Notes under the pieces: model-generated
Databases searched by the model: none
What the model was told of the DNA's origin: nothing
Seen by the model: only the letters and a program-made list of their open reading frames with translations
Origin: Candidatus Omnitrophota bacterium
GTDB lineage: Bacteria > Omnitrophota > Gorgyraeia > Duberdicusellales > 4484-171
Length of the DNA stretch: 64,000 nt
Assembly: GCA_041652815.1 (NCBI GenBank)
Contig: JBAZGN010000001.1
Location: 573,855-637,854 of the forward strand
Reading direction: 5' to 3'
Part shown: positions 38,264-48,033 of the stretch, one piece after another
Numbering within the stretch: the stretch's first letter is position 1
Layout: every line of letters starts with the position of its first letter
Translations under genes and position numbers: made by a program

Positions 38264-38827
38264 ATGACAGAGATTGAAAATATACTAAAAAAGTACCTAA
38301 CGGCACGTTTTAATTCCGTCAGCCCGGAAAAGGACAGTAATTGCCCCTCAGAGGAAACTCTATTGGATTACATGGGGAATAAATTGTCAGGACAAGGGCT
38401 GATGCTTATAGAAGAGCATATTAGCGGATGCAGGTTTTGCCTATCGCAGCTGAGCTTGGCAATAGAGGCTAAAAGTCTAAGTAACGAACAATTTCCGTCT
38501 TTACCTAAAAATTTAATCGAAAAGGCAAAAAACCTTATTGGTATTGATAAGAATCTTCAGGCAGCTAAGGCAGCCAGAAAACGAAGAATGAAAAAGAACT
38601 TATTTCTTGCAGCAACAATCATATTTTTTATCCTTTCTTTTATCATTCATGAATATTTCATGCAATTTCTGGCTGGCGCGCTTATTCTCGGATTTCGCTG
38701 GGCGTTCGAAAGCGAAAGTGGCCGTACGCTTATCATGGTGCTTGATTCCTGGCGGAAGCATTCTCATGATGAAGATGACGAAATATCACGCCGCCTGAAA
38801 GACAGATTTTCCAAGCACGATTTGTAA
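38264..38827 (+). CDS. Putative zinc-finger (zf-HC2) anti-sigma factor with a single TM
   Basis: H.SGCRFC motif, TM at aa ~110-130, immediately downstream of the ECF sigma gene. Confidence 0.6.
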   Translation: MTEIENILKKYLTARFNSVSPEKDSNCPSEETLLDYMGNKLSGQGLMLIEEHISGCRFCLSQLSLAIEAKSLSNEQFPSLPKNLIEKAKNLIGIDKNLQAAKAARKRRMKKNLFLAATIIFFILSFIIHEYFMQFLAGALILGFRWAFESESGRTLIMVLDSWRKHSHDEDDEISRRLKDRFSKHDL

Positions 38828-39055
38828 AAGTTAAATAATTTTTTAAAGCCCGCCTTATTTATGCTTATCTAATTTACACTCCCAGGTAAATCCTCATATC
38901 TAAAAAATTAAAAATTTTTGAAAGAATTTTTCATGATGCCGCGTCTATTAAGTAAAGGGGATAGATAACTCATTTTACAAGATACTACCTATTCTAATGC
39001 GCTTCTAAACACAGCAACTGATGAGTTTTTTTGATTGACGGGAAAAGGGTTTGTT

Positions 39056-39192
39056 TATTAAAGATACTTCGGACGCTCTTATTCATCGCGTCCTCAGTAT
39101 CAATTCGCGCATACAACTTATGTTCGCCCTGCCTGCCAGAGGCAGGCGTAGCTGCCATAAGTTGTGCGCTCATTGAGGAGGTGTTTGCTATG
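39056..39192. promoter_or_regulatory. Modular 5' leader, copy 2, upstream of spoVG
   Basis: Conserved 5' module and CATTGAGGAGGTGTTTGCTATG 3' module identical to copy 1. Variable central hairpin acaacttatg...cataagttgt with inner gcctgcc..ggcaggc. Confidence 0.6.
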
Positions 39193-39447
39193 GGGTTAGA
39201 ATTCAAAGTTGCAAGGCTTCACAAATTTGATGGTAACGGCGCGATAAAAGCAATGTGTGATATCTCAATTTCTGATCAGCTTGTGGTCAAGGGTTTTAAA
39301 ATTATTGAGGGTAAAAACGGCTTATTTGTAGGAGTGCCGCAGGAAAAAGGCAAAAATGGCAAGTGGTACGATAACGTTTTTCCTTTAACGCCAGAAGTGC
39401 TTGAAACTATTAGAAAAACCGTGCTTTCTGCGTATCAGGGTGATTGA
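39190..39447 (+). CDS. spoVG: SpoVG-family protein
   Basis: KAMCDISISDQLVVKGFKIIEGKNGLFVGVP matches the SpoVG core. Start moved to internal MGLEFKV after GGAGG. Confidence 0.8.
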   Translation: MGLEFKVARLHKFDGNGAIKAMCDISISDQLVVKGFKIIEGKNGLFVGVPQEKGKNGKWYDNVFPLTPEVLETIRKTVLSAYQGD

Positions 39448-39538
39448 TTCAATACTCGCCTAATGCTTGCGCTAGGCGAATTCTGCCTGGTGCAAGCTCT
39501 TTAAAATCACAATCTGTGATTTTAAGATATGGGGGGTT

Positions 39539-40063
39539 ATGCATAAGATGCTAATTATTGAAGAAGCAGTTGAGAGGAAAATCTATTTAATCCGCGGCCG
39601 TAAAGTGATGCTTGATAGAGATTTGGCTGAATTGTATAAGGTTTCAACAAAGGTATTAAATCAGGCAGTTAAGCGGAATACAAAAAGATTCCCGCCAGAT
39701 TTCATGTTTCGGTTAACGGATGAAGAAAAAAATGAACTGGTCACAAATTGTGACCGGTTCAGCGCCTTGAAACATTCCACGGTAACGCCAAACGTTTTTA
39801 CCGAACACGGTATTCTAATGCTTTCCAGTGTTTTAAATAGCGAACATGCAATACAGGTCAATATTGCAATTATGCGTGTGTTTGTAAAGCTTCGCGAAGT
39901 CATTTCAGGCTACAAAGAACTTGCTGTTAAGCTAAACGAATTAGAGCGAAAAATTGAAAAACACGATAATGAGATAAAGGCTATTTTTGATGCTATCCGT
40001 CAGCTTATGCTGGCTGAAGAAAAACCAAAGCGTAAAATAGGATTTCATGAAAATCAGGCTTAA
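39539..40063 (+). CDS. ORF6N (KilA-N-like) domain protein
   Basis: IRGRKVMLDRDLAELYKVSTKVLNQAVKRNTKRFPPDFMFRLTDEE is the canonical ORF6N N-terminal domain. Confidence 0.7.
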   Translation: MHKMLIIEEAVERKIYLIRGRKVMLDRDLAELYKVSTKVLNQAVKRNTKRFPPDFMFRLTDEEKNELVTNCDRFSALKHSTVTPNVFTEHGILMLSSVLNSEHAIQVNIAIMRVFVKLREVISGYKELAVKLNELERKIEKHDNEIKAIFDAIRQLMLAEEKPKRKIGFHENQA

Positions 40064-40172
40064 GGGTTATTTTGACAAAAATAAAAATAATTTGACAAAT
40101 CATCAAATTTATGTTACAAAAAATTATACTGTTTTTAATGATTTAGTTTCGGATTAAAATAATAAATTTAGT

Positions 40173-41657
40173 ATGAGAAACTTAAAAAGCATTTGCAGAA
40201 AAAAGGCACTTCTATTCTGCTTTTTAATAATACCCGTCTCAAGCGCCTTTGCAATTTTCGTAAGCGTTGAAACAATAGATGACGCGCATATAAAAAGAAT
40301 CGCCATCTCGCCGCTTGACGAAAACCTCATTTACGTCGGCTCCGCTAACTCGCTTTTTAAAAGCAAAGACCACGGAAAAAATTTCGAAAAAATATACGTA
40401 TTTAAAGATGAAGAATTAACTGATATTGTTTTTGATTCTTACGTCCCCGATATCTGTTATGTGACTGCATCTCGGCACGTTTATCGAATTGGCGATAGGC
40501 AAGAAATGATATTCTCGGCACCGGAAGAAGAATCGGTTTTAAGTATAGCAAAATATAAAGGCGAAATATATATGGGGACAACTGCAGGGTTATATTTTAT
40601 TTCAGAAGGTATTTTAAAATGGCAGAAAATCGGAGGTCTGTCCGATGGGGTTTCTGTATATTATCTTGAACCGGCAGATAATGGTTTATATATGGCCACC
40701 AATAAAGGAGTGTATCTGCTGAAAGATAAAAATAATCTTGAGAGGCTATTTGTAATAAGGGAAAAAGAAACAGCAGGGGAAGAAGAAAGCGGGATAGTGC
40801 CAAATATTATAAAGATAGATATTTTCGATAAAAATAAACTTTGGCTCGGCACTAATAAAGGATTATTCTTATCAAAAGATAAAGGTAGCACTTGGAATAA
40901 GTTTTATGCGGATGGAATAAACAACATCATTATTTATTCTGTAGCCCAAACAAGTTTAGAAAAAAATTCTTTATATCTTGGTTCTTCGAAAGGCTTTTTT
41001 AAGATAGACCTAAAAAAAGATTGTGCAAGAAAAATTTCCGAAGGGCTTTATTCCAATGAAATATTCTGGGCAGTATTCTCAAGTGAAGGAGAGATTTATC
41101 TAGCCACCCCCAGGGGTTTATTCAAGAGTGCATACTTCAGCCCTCCTTCGAATACAAAAAATTTGCAGGAAATTCTCGCTAAGGAGCCTTCGATACATGA
41201 AGTCCAGCAGGCAGCATTACGTTACAACGAGACAGATCCCAGTAAAATAAGAAGATGGAGGAACGCTTTGAAAGTGAGAGCTCTATTTCCAACCATAAAA
41301 CTGGATTACGATAAAACTATAACTACCGCTTTAGGCGCTACGTATGACCGTGTTCAGGTGGGCCCGCGCGATTGGGGTATATCTTTTTCCTGGGATGTGG
41401 GGGATCTTGTCTGGAATAGTTACGAGGACGATATAGATACAAGAAGCAGGCTTAATACGCAATTACGTTTGGATATACTTGATGAGATAAATAGGGTATA
41501 CTTTGAAAGATTGAGGCTTAAAAAAGAAGTTATTTGCAACAATCTCAGCGAAGAAGAGCTTTGTCAAAAAGACTTGAGGTTAGGAGAATTAACTGCTATC
41601 ATAGATGGGTATACTGGAGGATATTTTTCTAAAAGGCTTGTCGAATTGGCAAATTGA
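40173..41657 (+). CDS. Secreted beta-propeller protein (Reg_prop/BNR-like repeats) with C-terminal beta-rich domain
   Basis: Repeated ~40-aa units with L(Y/W)xGTxxG(L/V)(F/Y)xSxDxG.xW; signal peptide. Confidence 0.5.
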   Translation: MRNLKSICRKKALLFCFLIIPVSSAFAIFVSVETIDDAHIKRIAISPLDENLIYVGSANSLFKSKDHGKNFEKIYVFKDEELTDIVFDSYVPDICYVTASRHVYRIGDRQEMIFSAPEEESVLSIAKYKGEIYMGTTAGLYFISEGILKWQKIGGLSDGVSVYYLEPADNGLYMATNKGVYLLKDKNNLERLFVIREKETAGEEESGIVPNIIKIDIFDKNKLWLGTNKGLFLSKDKGSTWNKFYADGINNIIIYSVAQTSLEKNSLYLGSSKGFFKIDLKKDCARKISEGLYSNEIFWAVFSSEGEIYLATPRGLFKSAYFSPPSNTKNLQEILAKEPSIHEVQQAALRYNETDPSKIRRWRNALKVRALFPTIKLDYDKTITTALGATYDRVQVGPRDWGISFSWDVGDLVWNSYEDDIDTRSRLNTQLRLDILDEINRVYFERLRLKKEVICNNLSEEELCQKDLRLGELTAIIDGYTGGYFSKRLVELAN

Positions 41658-41671
41658 TAGATAAGGCATAA

Positions 41672-42715
41672 ATGCAGGATAAACCGATAATCTTGATACT
41701 TTGCGGAGGCCGTTCTTTACGGCTTTGGCCGCTTTGCGAGTGTAAAAGCAAAAATTTTCTGGATATCTTTGGTTTTTCCCCTTTAGAGCTTACCATAAAG
41801 CGTTTCCTCAAAATAACCACTTCCAACAATATTTTTCTTATCGCAAACGAAAAAGAAAAAGATGCTTTGTTGAAGCTTAAATCGATAAAAAAAGAAAATA
41901 TCTTTTTTGAGCCGGAAAGCAAAAATACAGCTGCTGCGATATTGTTTTCGCTTAATCATCTTAAGCAAAGATTTCCTCCAGACAAAGTCCTTATTATTTC
42001 TCCGGTTGACCATCTTATCAAAGAAAAAAAGGAATTTTATGACGCGCTTAAAAAAACCATCAATGTTGCCAAAGAGGGATGGATTTCTACTTTGGGAATA
42101 CAGCCTGATACGCCTACCCCTAATTTCGGATATATCCAGATAGAAGAGGAAATAGAAAAAGATGTTTTTTCGATAAAAAAATTTGTTGAAAAACCAACCC
42201 GCCCTGCAGCAGAAGAGCTCATACGCAAAGGCAATTCTTTCTATAATAGCGGGATATTTATATCCTGCCTTTCCACGCTTGATAAAGAATATAAAAAGTA
42301 TTATCCATACTACGATGATTTTATGGATATTTTTAAAAAAGATGCTTACGAAAACGCCTTGCGTAGCCTATATGGAAAAATAGAAGATTCTCCTTTCGAT
42401 AAGGCAATTATGGAAAAAACTACCAGCGCAAGGCTGGTTAAGGCAAGTTTTTTCTGGAAAGATTTCGGCACTTGGCATGCAATATATGAGTCATTGCCGA
42501 AGGATAAATCCGGCAATGTAAAAAGAGGAAGGGTTTTTATCCATAATGGAAGTAATAACCTTATATATCTAAACAATTTAAAGAAAAATGTCCTTGTCGT
42601 AGGCCTTGAGGATGTTTTTTTTATCGATACCGAAAAATATACCCTGATTACTAACCGCCGCAACTTAGATAATCTTAAACCCGCCCTGAAAGAGCTTAAA
42701 ACAAAATTTAAATAA
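41672..42715 (+). CDS. Sugar-phosphate nucleotidyltransferase (mannose-1-phosphate guanylyltransferase-like)
   Basis: N-terminal ILCGGRSLRLWPL (G-x-G-x-R-L motif) and NTP_transferase fold. Confidence 0.65.
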   Translation: MQDKPIILILCGGRSLRLWPLCECKSKNFLDIFGFSPLELTIKRFLKITTSNNIFLIANEKEKDALLKLKSIKKENIFFEPESKNTAAAILFSLNHLKQRFPPDKVLIISPVDHLIKEKKEFYDALKKTINVAKEGWISTLGIQPDTPTPNFGYIQIEEEIEKDVFSIKKFVEKPTRPAAEELIRKGNSFYNSGIFISCLSTLDKEYKKYYPYYDDFMDIFKKDAYENALRSLYGKIEDSPFDKAIMEKTTSARLVKASFFWKDFGTWHAIYESLPKDKSGNVKRGRVFIHNGSNNLIYLNNLKKNVLVVGLEDVFFIDTEKYTLITNRRNLDNLKPALKELKTKFK

Positions 42716-42836
42716 CGCCATCCACTCGGTTTTTTGTTTCTTCCGGCAATTATAATTACTATCGCTATTGGATTATTTTTGAAGTAATACAAAGTTGAGC
42801 CCGAAGGGCACCTTATTGGATTTTTTCAATTTGTTA

Positions 42837-43211
42837 TCACTCAACTTTGACTTTATAATCGACTAGACGCATTGGCACTGATTTAAACATAGGAAGATTC
42901 TTAACATGTTTTTTATGTTCTTCTATATCGTTATATGCCCGGTTTTTAAAATATTCTTTAAGCTTCAAGAGGGTTTCACCATTTGCTACTTTTCCAGAAA
43001 CTTCTAAAATAACGCCATGGTCAGGATCAGGAATAGTTTTAAGTATAACATTGGGAAATTCTTGTTGATAGTATGCATTTGATTGAAATTGAATGATATC
43101 AACAGATATGAATTTTTGGTTTTGAATTCTATCTGTTTTATTATTGACAAAGAAAAAAATCAGCCCAATTATAAGTAAAATAATCAATGAAATCAGATTT
43201 CTTTTTTTCAT
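42837..43211 (-). CDS. Hypothetical membrane-anchored small protein
   Basis: Start moved to MKKRNLISL, preceded by AAGGAGG. Single TM. Confidence 0.35.
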   Translation of the reverse strand: MKKRNLISLIILLIIGLIFFFVNNKTDRIQNQKFISVDIIQFQSNAYYQQEFPNVILKTIPDPDHGVILEVSGKVANGETLLKLKEYFKNRAYNDIEEHKKHVKNLPMFKSVPMRLVDYKVKVE

Positions 43212-43321
43212 TATTCCTCCTTTTCCTGCATTTACTATGGAAATAACGGCTGAATTCATCAACAGAATCAAGAAATGGCGAGTTTGTTCCGGTTAGTTAA
43301 TTTGTTAGGCAATATTTATTA

Positions 43322-43960
43322 TTACAAATATTCTAATTCTTTTAATCTATCATAGAATCTCAGAGCAAGGTCAATGAGCTTGTTGTATTTGTCTAAGGTT
43401 ACAAAGCCTTTTTCAGTGTAGAAAGCCTTAAAGTAATTGTCTTTAATTTCAATCGCTGGCCCAAGAGAAACAATATTTTTATTTACAAGAAGTTCATTTT
43501 TGATATCATGAGTAAGTAATTCTGCCATAAACTTCTTATCGTTGCATTCAATTATGAATTCTTTATCAAATGGAGCATTACCACTTTTTTGAATAGTTTT
43601 ATTTCTCATTAAAGAAATACTTAAAACCGGATTATTTTTTAGTATCTTCAAATAAATTCTTGTAGAATTTTTTAAATAAAAGGATGCGCTTGTCCACGTT
43701 TGTCCATATTTTCCGCCACCGACAATGTCTTGATAACAATAAATATTAGTTTCTTTGTAGGGAAAGATCGCCATAAAGAGAGATTTCCTTACTTTACCCG
43801 GAATACTTATATCGGATGAATATTTTTTAACCGCACCTTTATGTTGCTTTGCCAGGCTATTAAAAACTTCTTTTACCTTCTTGGTGCCTTCGATGGCCGA
43901 TAAGGCAATGGCTGCCACCAAAGATAATATTAACAATGTTAAGACTACGCCATAAATCAT
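43322..43960 (-). CDS. Hypothetical protein with N-terminal TM
   Basis: Long ORF in an AT-rich island. The 17-mer TGATTTTTGTGTTAGAT (minus-strand sense) sits directly upstream. Confidence 0.4.
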   Translation of the reverse strand: MIYGVVLTLLILSLVAAIALSAIEGTKKVKEVFNSLAKQHKGAVKKYSSDISIPGKVRKSLFMAIFPYKETNIYCYQDIVGGGKYGQTWTSASFYLKNSTRIYLKILKNNPVLSISLMRNKTIQKSGNAPFDKEFIIECNDKKFMAELLTHDIKNELLVNKNIVSLGPAIEIKDNYFKAFYTEKGFVTLDKYNKLIDLALRFYDRLKELEYL

Positions 43961-44014
43961 AATTAATTTTTATTTTATATATCTAACACAAAAATCAACT
44001 TTCTTTTTAAGGCA

Positions 44015-44341
44015 TCAATAATTTGGTTCTCTTGTCTTTGCAAAAAAATTCCACCATATGAAATGCCAAATCCAGATAAGTATAATAAAAGATATCACTA
44101 AAGTAGGAGCGATATTTTTATTCAACTTGCCTATAAATTTTGACATTATTAAAGCAATAATTATAATGGTGGTAGCGTGTATGCAGACCGAAGGGTAACT
44201 TAAGCGACATTGGACACTACAATAGGGACAGTCAAACATTGCTCCTATTCTACGGTACCAATTTATCTTGAAGTATTTGAAATAACCTTTCCAGAAGGCC
44301 AATTGGCTTATATTCTTATTACAATTATAACATTGCGCCAT
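44015..44341 (-). CDS. Small zinc-ribbon membrane protein (CxxC...CPYC + 2 TM; DUF983-like)
   Basis: CYNC...CPYC followed by two hydrophobic helices. The same upstream 17-mer as the 43322 gene. Confidence 0.4.
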   Translation of the reverse strand: MAQCYNCNKNISQLAFWKGYFKYFKINWYRRIGAMFDCPYCSVQCRLSYPSVCIHATTIIIIALIMSKFIGKLNKNIAPTLVISFIILIWIWHFIWWNFFAKTREPNY

Positions 44342-44425
44342 TTTCTACCTGTCTTTCTTTAATTTTTTAATCTAACACAAAAATCAGCCGCTAATCCCGC
44401 CGGCTGGAATGAATTGTTAGAAATA

Positions 44426-44845
44426 TTATTTGTCATATGGTGCAAAAGGTTTTTCTAATTCAGTGATTTCGACCGAAAGAAACTTATCCATAGGTTTTTG
44501 AATCACTTTTTCATCCATTTTTATCTGATCTTCTTCTGTTGCGTATCTGGTATTGATTATGACCTGAAATATGAATGGCCCCTGGGAACCTTTAGGTTTT
44601 GCATACAATTTATAGGGCCCAAAGCGTTTACCAACATATTCCTCAGGCATAGCCGAGCCGTGGCCAACGTGTACTTCGGCAATTGCAGTGTGATAAAAAT
44701 CCAATGTTGGATAAAGAAAATCTGCAATTTTTGGTCTTTGATTGATTACCAATTCCACTTCCTTAAAATCGACCGTTCCCCCAGCAAGAGAAACAAGCGG
44801 AGATATGAAGATGAATAAAGAAAATAGATAAATTTTGGTTTTCAT
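44426..44845 (-). CDS. Hypothetical secreted protein
   Basis: Start moved to MKTKIYLFSLF (signal peptide). The listed start is GTG, 13 codons upstream. Confidence 0.4.
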   Translation of the reverse strand: MKTKIYLFSLFIFISPLVSLAGGTVDFKEVELVINQRPKIADFLYPTLDFYHTAIAEVHVGHGSAMPEEYVGKRFGPYKLYAKPKGSQGPFIFQVIINTRYATEEDQIKMDEKVIQKPMDKFLSVEITELEKPFAPYDK

Positions 44846-44989
44846 ATATTTATAGCTAATATAAAAATCAGCAACTGGATTCACCCAACGCGATAGGACA
44901 ATCTATTAAGATAAAGATAGCACTTTTTACTGAAAAATCAATCTATTCAACGAAACGATAAAATCCTTGTCGGGTTCAGCATTTTGTCT

Positions 44990-45150
44990 ATAATATCACT
45001 AACGCGAATATTCGCGAATTTAAATCTTGATAGTTTTATTAAGGTATAAACGCGAATACACGCGAATGGAAAACAAGGCGAATAAGGTTATTCGCGGCCA
45101 TTTGCGTTACCTGCCCGCTGGTAGGCGGGGATTCGCGATAATTAGCGTAA
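44990..45150. promoter_or_regulatory. Word cluster of CGCGAATA units: perfect palindrome CGCGAATATTCGCG, ACGCGAATACACGCGAATGG, GCGAATAAGGTTATTCGC, CCCGCTGGTAGGCGGG
   Basis: Seen directly upstream of the radical SAM gene. The listed ORF start 45027 lies inside it. Confidence 0.5.
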
Positions 45151-45155
45151 AAAAT

Positions 45156-46088
45156 ATGAGTTATTTTTACGGCCCTGTTCCATCCAGACGGTTAGGTTTT
45201 TCCCTGGGCGTTAATTTGACGCCGAAAAAGTTCTGTACGCTTGATTGTATATACTGCCAATTGAGGAAAACTACTAAAAAGACCGTAAAAAGGTTTTTTT
45301 ACGTTGACCTGATTGAATTTAAAAAAGAACTTACAAAAATAATAAACAATAACCCAAAAATTGATTATATATCAATATCCGGCTCAGGAGAGCCGACATT
45401 GCATAAAAGGCTTGATAAGATAATAGATACTATCAAGGAAACGACGAACAACGAATACCGCGTTTGCGTCATAACTAATTCTTCCCTTTTGTATAAAAAA
45501 GAAGTTAGAAATGAATTGAGTGGGGCAGATTTAATAATACCTTCCCTTGATGCTGCAACAAATAAAAGTTTTTCACGCATTGATAAGCCGCATAAACAAA
45601 TAACACTTAAAAAGGTGGTCGATGGTTTGATTAATTTGAGAAAAGAATTTAAAGGAAAAATCTGGCTTGAAATAATGCTTTTGGGCGGCATCAACGATTC
45701 ATTGGCAGAGGCCAAAAAGTTTAAAATTCTTGTAGCTAAAATTAAGCCGGATAAGGTACAGCTTAATCTGCCTGTGCGTCCCGCAGGGATTAATATAACT
45801 TTACCCGATTACAAAAGAATTAAGGAAATAAAAAAGATAATTGGTAAAAGATGCGAAATCGTACTTTCTTTTTATAAAGACGCGCAGAAAAAATTTTCAA
45901 AAAGCGTGCAAAACGATATTATAAAATATCTAAACATAAGGCCGGCAACAATGCGGGATTTAGAAAAATCCGTAGGCTTGGGGAAAAATGTTTTGGCTAA
46001 GCAGATTGAAAAGATGCTGAATTTGGGGCTTATAATAAAAAAAATGTATAACCGTAAAGTGTATTTTATTTGCGACAAGGCCGCATGA
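45156..46088 (+). CDS. Radical SAM domain protein with C-terminal winged-helix-like region
   Basis: GPVPSRRLGFSLGVNL...CTLDCIYCQL (CxxxCxxC). Start moved to MSYFYGPVPS. TGA overlaps the next ATG (ATGA). Confidence 0.6.
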   Translation: MSYFYGPVPSRRLGFSLGVNLTPKKFCTLDCIYCQLRKTTKKTVKRFFYVDLIEFKKELTKIINNNPKIDYISISGSGEPTLHKRLDKIIDTIKETTNNEYRVCVITNSSLLYKKEVRNELSGADLIIPSLDAATNKSFSRIDKPHKQITLKKVVDGLINLRKEFKGKIWLEIMLLGGINDSLAEAKKFKILVAKIKPDKVQLNLPVRPAGINITLPDYKRIKEIKKIIGKRCEIVLSFYKDAQKKFSKSVQNDIIKYLNIRPATMRDLEKSVGLGKNVLAKQIEKMLNLGLIIKKMYNRKVYFICDKAA

Positions 46089-46735
46089 TTAAAGAAAATT
46101 TTATAAAAATTAGAAATGAAATCCCAACGAACGTAGAATTGGTAGTTGTTGCTAAAACAAGAACTGTTGCCGAGATTCAAGAAGTAATTTCTGCCGGCGC
46201 TACGATAATTGGCGAAAACTACGTCAAAGAAGCGGGTGAGAAATACGCAACAATTGGTAAAAAAGTGCAGTGGCATTTAGTCGGCCATCTGCAGAAAAAT
46301 AAAGTTAAAGACGCAGTAAGAATTTTTGATATGATGGAAAGCCTTGATTCGCTGGATTTGGCGGCTGCAATAAATAAAGAGTGCCGAAAAGTGCAGAAAA
46401 TCATGCCGGTGCTGATTGAGATAAATTGCGCCGCCGAGTGGCAAAAAGCCGGAATTTTACCGGAAGGCCTCAACGCTTTTGTGCAGGAGTTATTAAAGTT
46501 AAAAACCATAAAGCCGATGGGTTTAATGACTATGGGGCCGTTGCTGAAGAATCCGCAAGAGCTGCGGCCTTATTTTGAAAAAACCCGGCAAATTTTCGAA
46601 AAAGCTAAAAAAATTTTTGCACTTGCCGATTGGAAATTTCTTTCAATGGGTATGAGTGACAGCTATAAAGTGGCAATAGAGGAGGGAGCCAATATGGTAA
46701 GAATAGGAACAGCCATATTTGGCCAGAGAAGTTAA
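46085..46735 (+). CDS. yggS: YggS-family pyridoxal-phosphate homeostasis protein
   Basis: LVVVAKT...IGENYVKE...WHLVGHLQKNK alanine-racemase-N fold, single-domain YggS type. Confidence 0.8.
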   Translation: MIKENFIKIRNEIPTNVELVVVAKTRTVAEIQEVISAGATIIGENYVKEAGEKYATIGKKVQWHLVGHLQKNKVKDAVRIFDMMESLDSLDLAAAINKECRKVQKIMPVLIEINCAAEWQKAGILPEGLNAFVQELLKLKTIKPMGLMTMGPLLKNPQELRPYFEKTRQIFEKAKKIFALADWKFLSMGMSDSYKVAIEEGANMVRIGTAIFGQRS

Positions 46736-47440
46736 ATGAAATTAAAAATACTCTTCGACAAAGAAAGAATAGATGACAGGTTTGAAAGCGGCTGGGGGTT
46801 GTCTTATTTGTTGGAAGATACGCTGTTTGATACAGGAGAAAAATTTGATTATTTGTTAAAAAACATCCAGGCGTTTGGCGTGAGTTTAGATACAATAAAA
46901 AAATTAGTAATTTCGCATAATCACTGGAATCACCGCACGGGACTTACGGAATTACTTAAGCTGCGAAATGACCTGAAAATATACGGTTGTTCTGACTTTT
47001 TCCAGGAATTCAAAGATAGGATAAATTCTTCTAACTTTATCGAAATAACTAATTTTAGTCAGATAAGTAAAGATATTTACACAACAGGCCCGTTTAAAAC
47101 GCTGTATAAGGCGTCCCCCATACTTGAGCAGTCACTTATCGTAAGGACAAAAGAAGGAATATCAATAATCTGTGCTTGCGCTCACATGAGCCTTATTGAA
47201 TTGATAAACAGAGCAAAATTTCTTTTTGCTAATCAAAAAATAAATTTTCTAATCGGCGGCTTTCATTTCATCGATACTGATAACCGTTTAATAGAATATA
47301 TAGTAAAAGAAGTAAAAAATATGGGAATTGAAAATATAGCCCCTTCTCATTGCAGCGGTTATGAAGCGACAAGGTTATTTAAGGGGCTTTATGGTAAAAA
47401 TTTTATTGAAATAAAGGCAGGTATGGTACTTGAATTATAA
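46736..47440 (+). CDS. MBL-fold metallo-hydrolase (COG1237-like)
   Basis: ISHNHWNH metal-binding motif and beta-lactamase-like fold length. Confidence 0.55.
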   Translation: MKLKILFDKERIDDRFESGWGLSYLLEDTLFDTGEKFDYLLKNIQAFGVSLDTIKKLVISHNHWNHRTGLTELLKLRNDLKIYGCSDFFQEFKDRINSSNFIEITNFSQISKDIYTTGPFKTLYKASPILEQSLIVRTKEGISIICACAHMSLIELINRAKFLFANQKINFLIGGFHFIDTDNRLIEYIVKEVKNMGIENIAPSHCSGYEATRLFKGLYGKNFIEIKAGMVLEL

Positions 47441-47442
47441 CT

Positions 47443-47826
47443 ATGCAAAATCGCCAATTTCTGAAATATAAAAATTTACCGGGTTTTTTAGAGCTTGTTT
47501 TTTCGTTAATTTTTTTATCCGGATGCGCTCGCGTTGGCGATTATGTCGGCGCAACGCACGGTTACCTTACTGTAGGGAGAAAATTAAAATTCGGCGACGG
47601 AGGAGAGAAAAAAAATTACTATGCACTCGATGACATAACTGTTATTGCCCCCGGTGAGTTAAAGCAGGCTGTCCGGGAAAAAATCGGTTTACCGGATAAA
47701 GTTGAAAGTAACAATGAAGGTTATGAAATTTGGATATATAAAGACAGGAACATAAAACTTTTTTTTGAAAAAGAAAAGTTTAGAGAATGGGCATACGCAG
47801 ACGATCGCAGGCTTAAAAGCAGATGA
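47443..47826 (+). CDS. Hypothetical lipoprotein
   Basis: Lipobox LSGC. Confidence 0.4.
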   Translation: MQNRQFLKYKNLPGFLELVFSLIFLSGCARVGDYVGATHGYLTVGRKLKFGDGGEKKNYYALDDITVIAPGELKQAVREKIGLPDKVESNNEGYEIWIYKDRNIKLFFEKEKFREWAYADDRRLKSR

Positions 47827-48033
47827 GCGCAAACGATTGGAGCAAAGAGAAACAATAAACTTCCATCAATTCCCTAATCTCTACCAATTTTCCGCCAGAG
47901 GCGGATCCGCCCACATATAAAAAGTCATCGGTGGCGGACAATCGAAATTAATTGAAATTTGCTTCGCGAAATTGATTGAAATTTATTGTTTAATGAAATT
48001 TTTTTATTCTTGTATATCTGCGGCTATCTGTGT

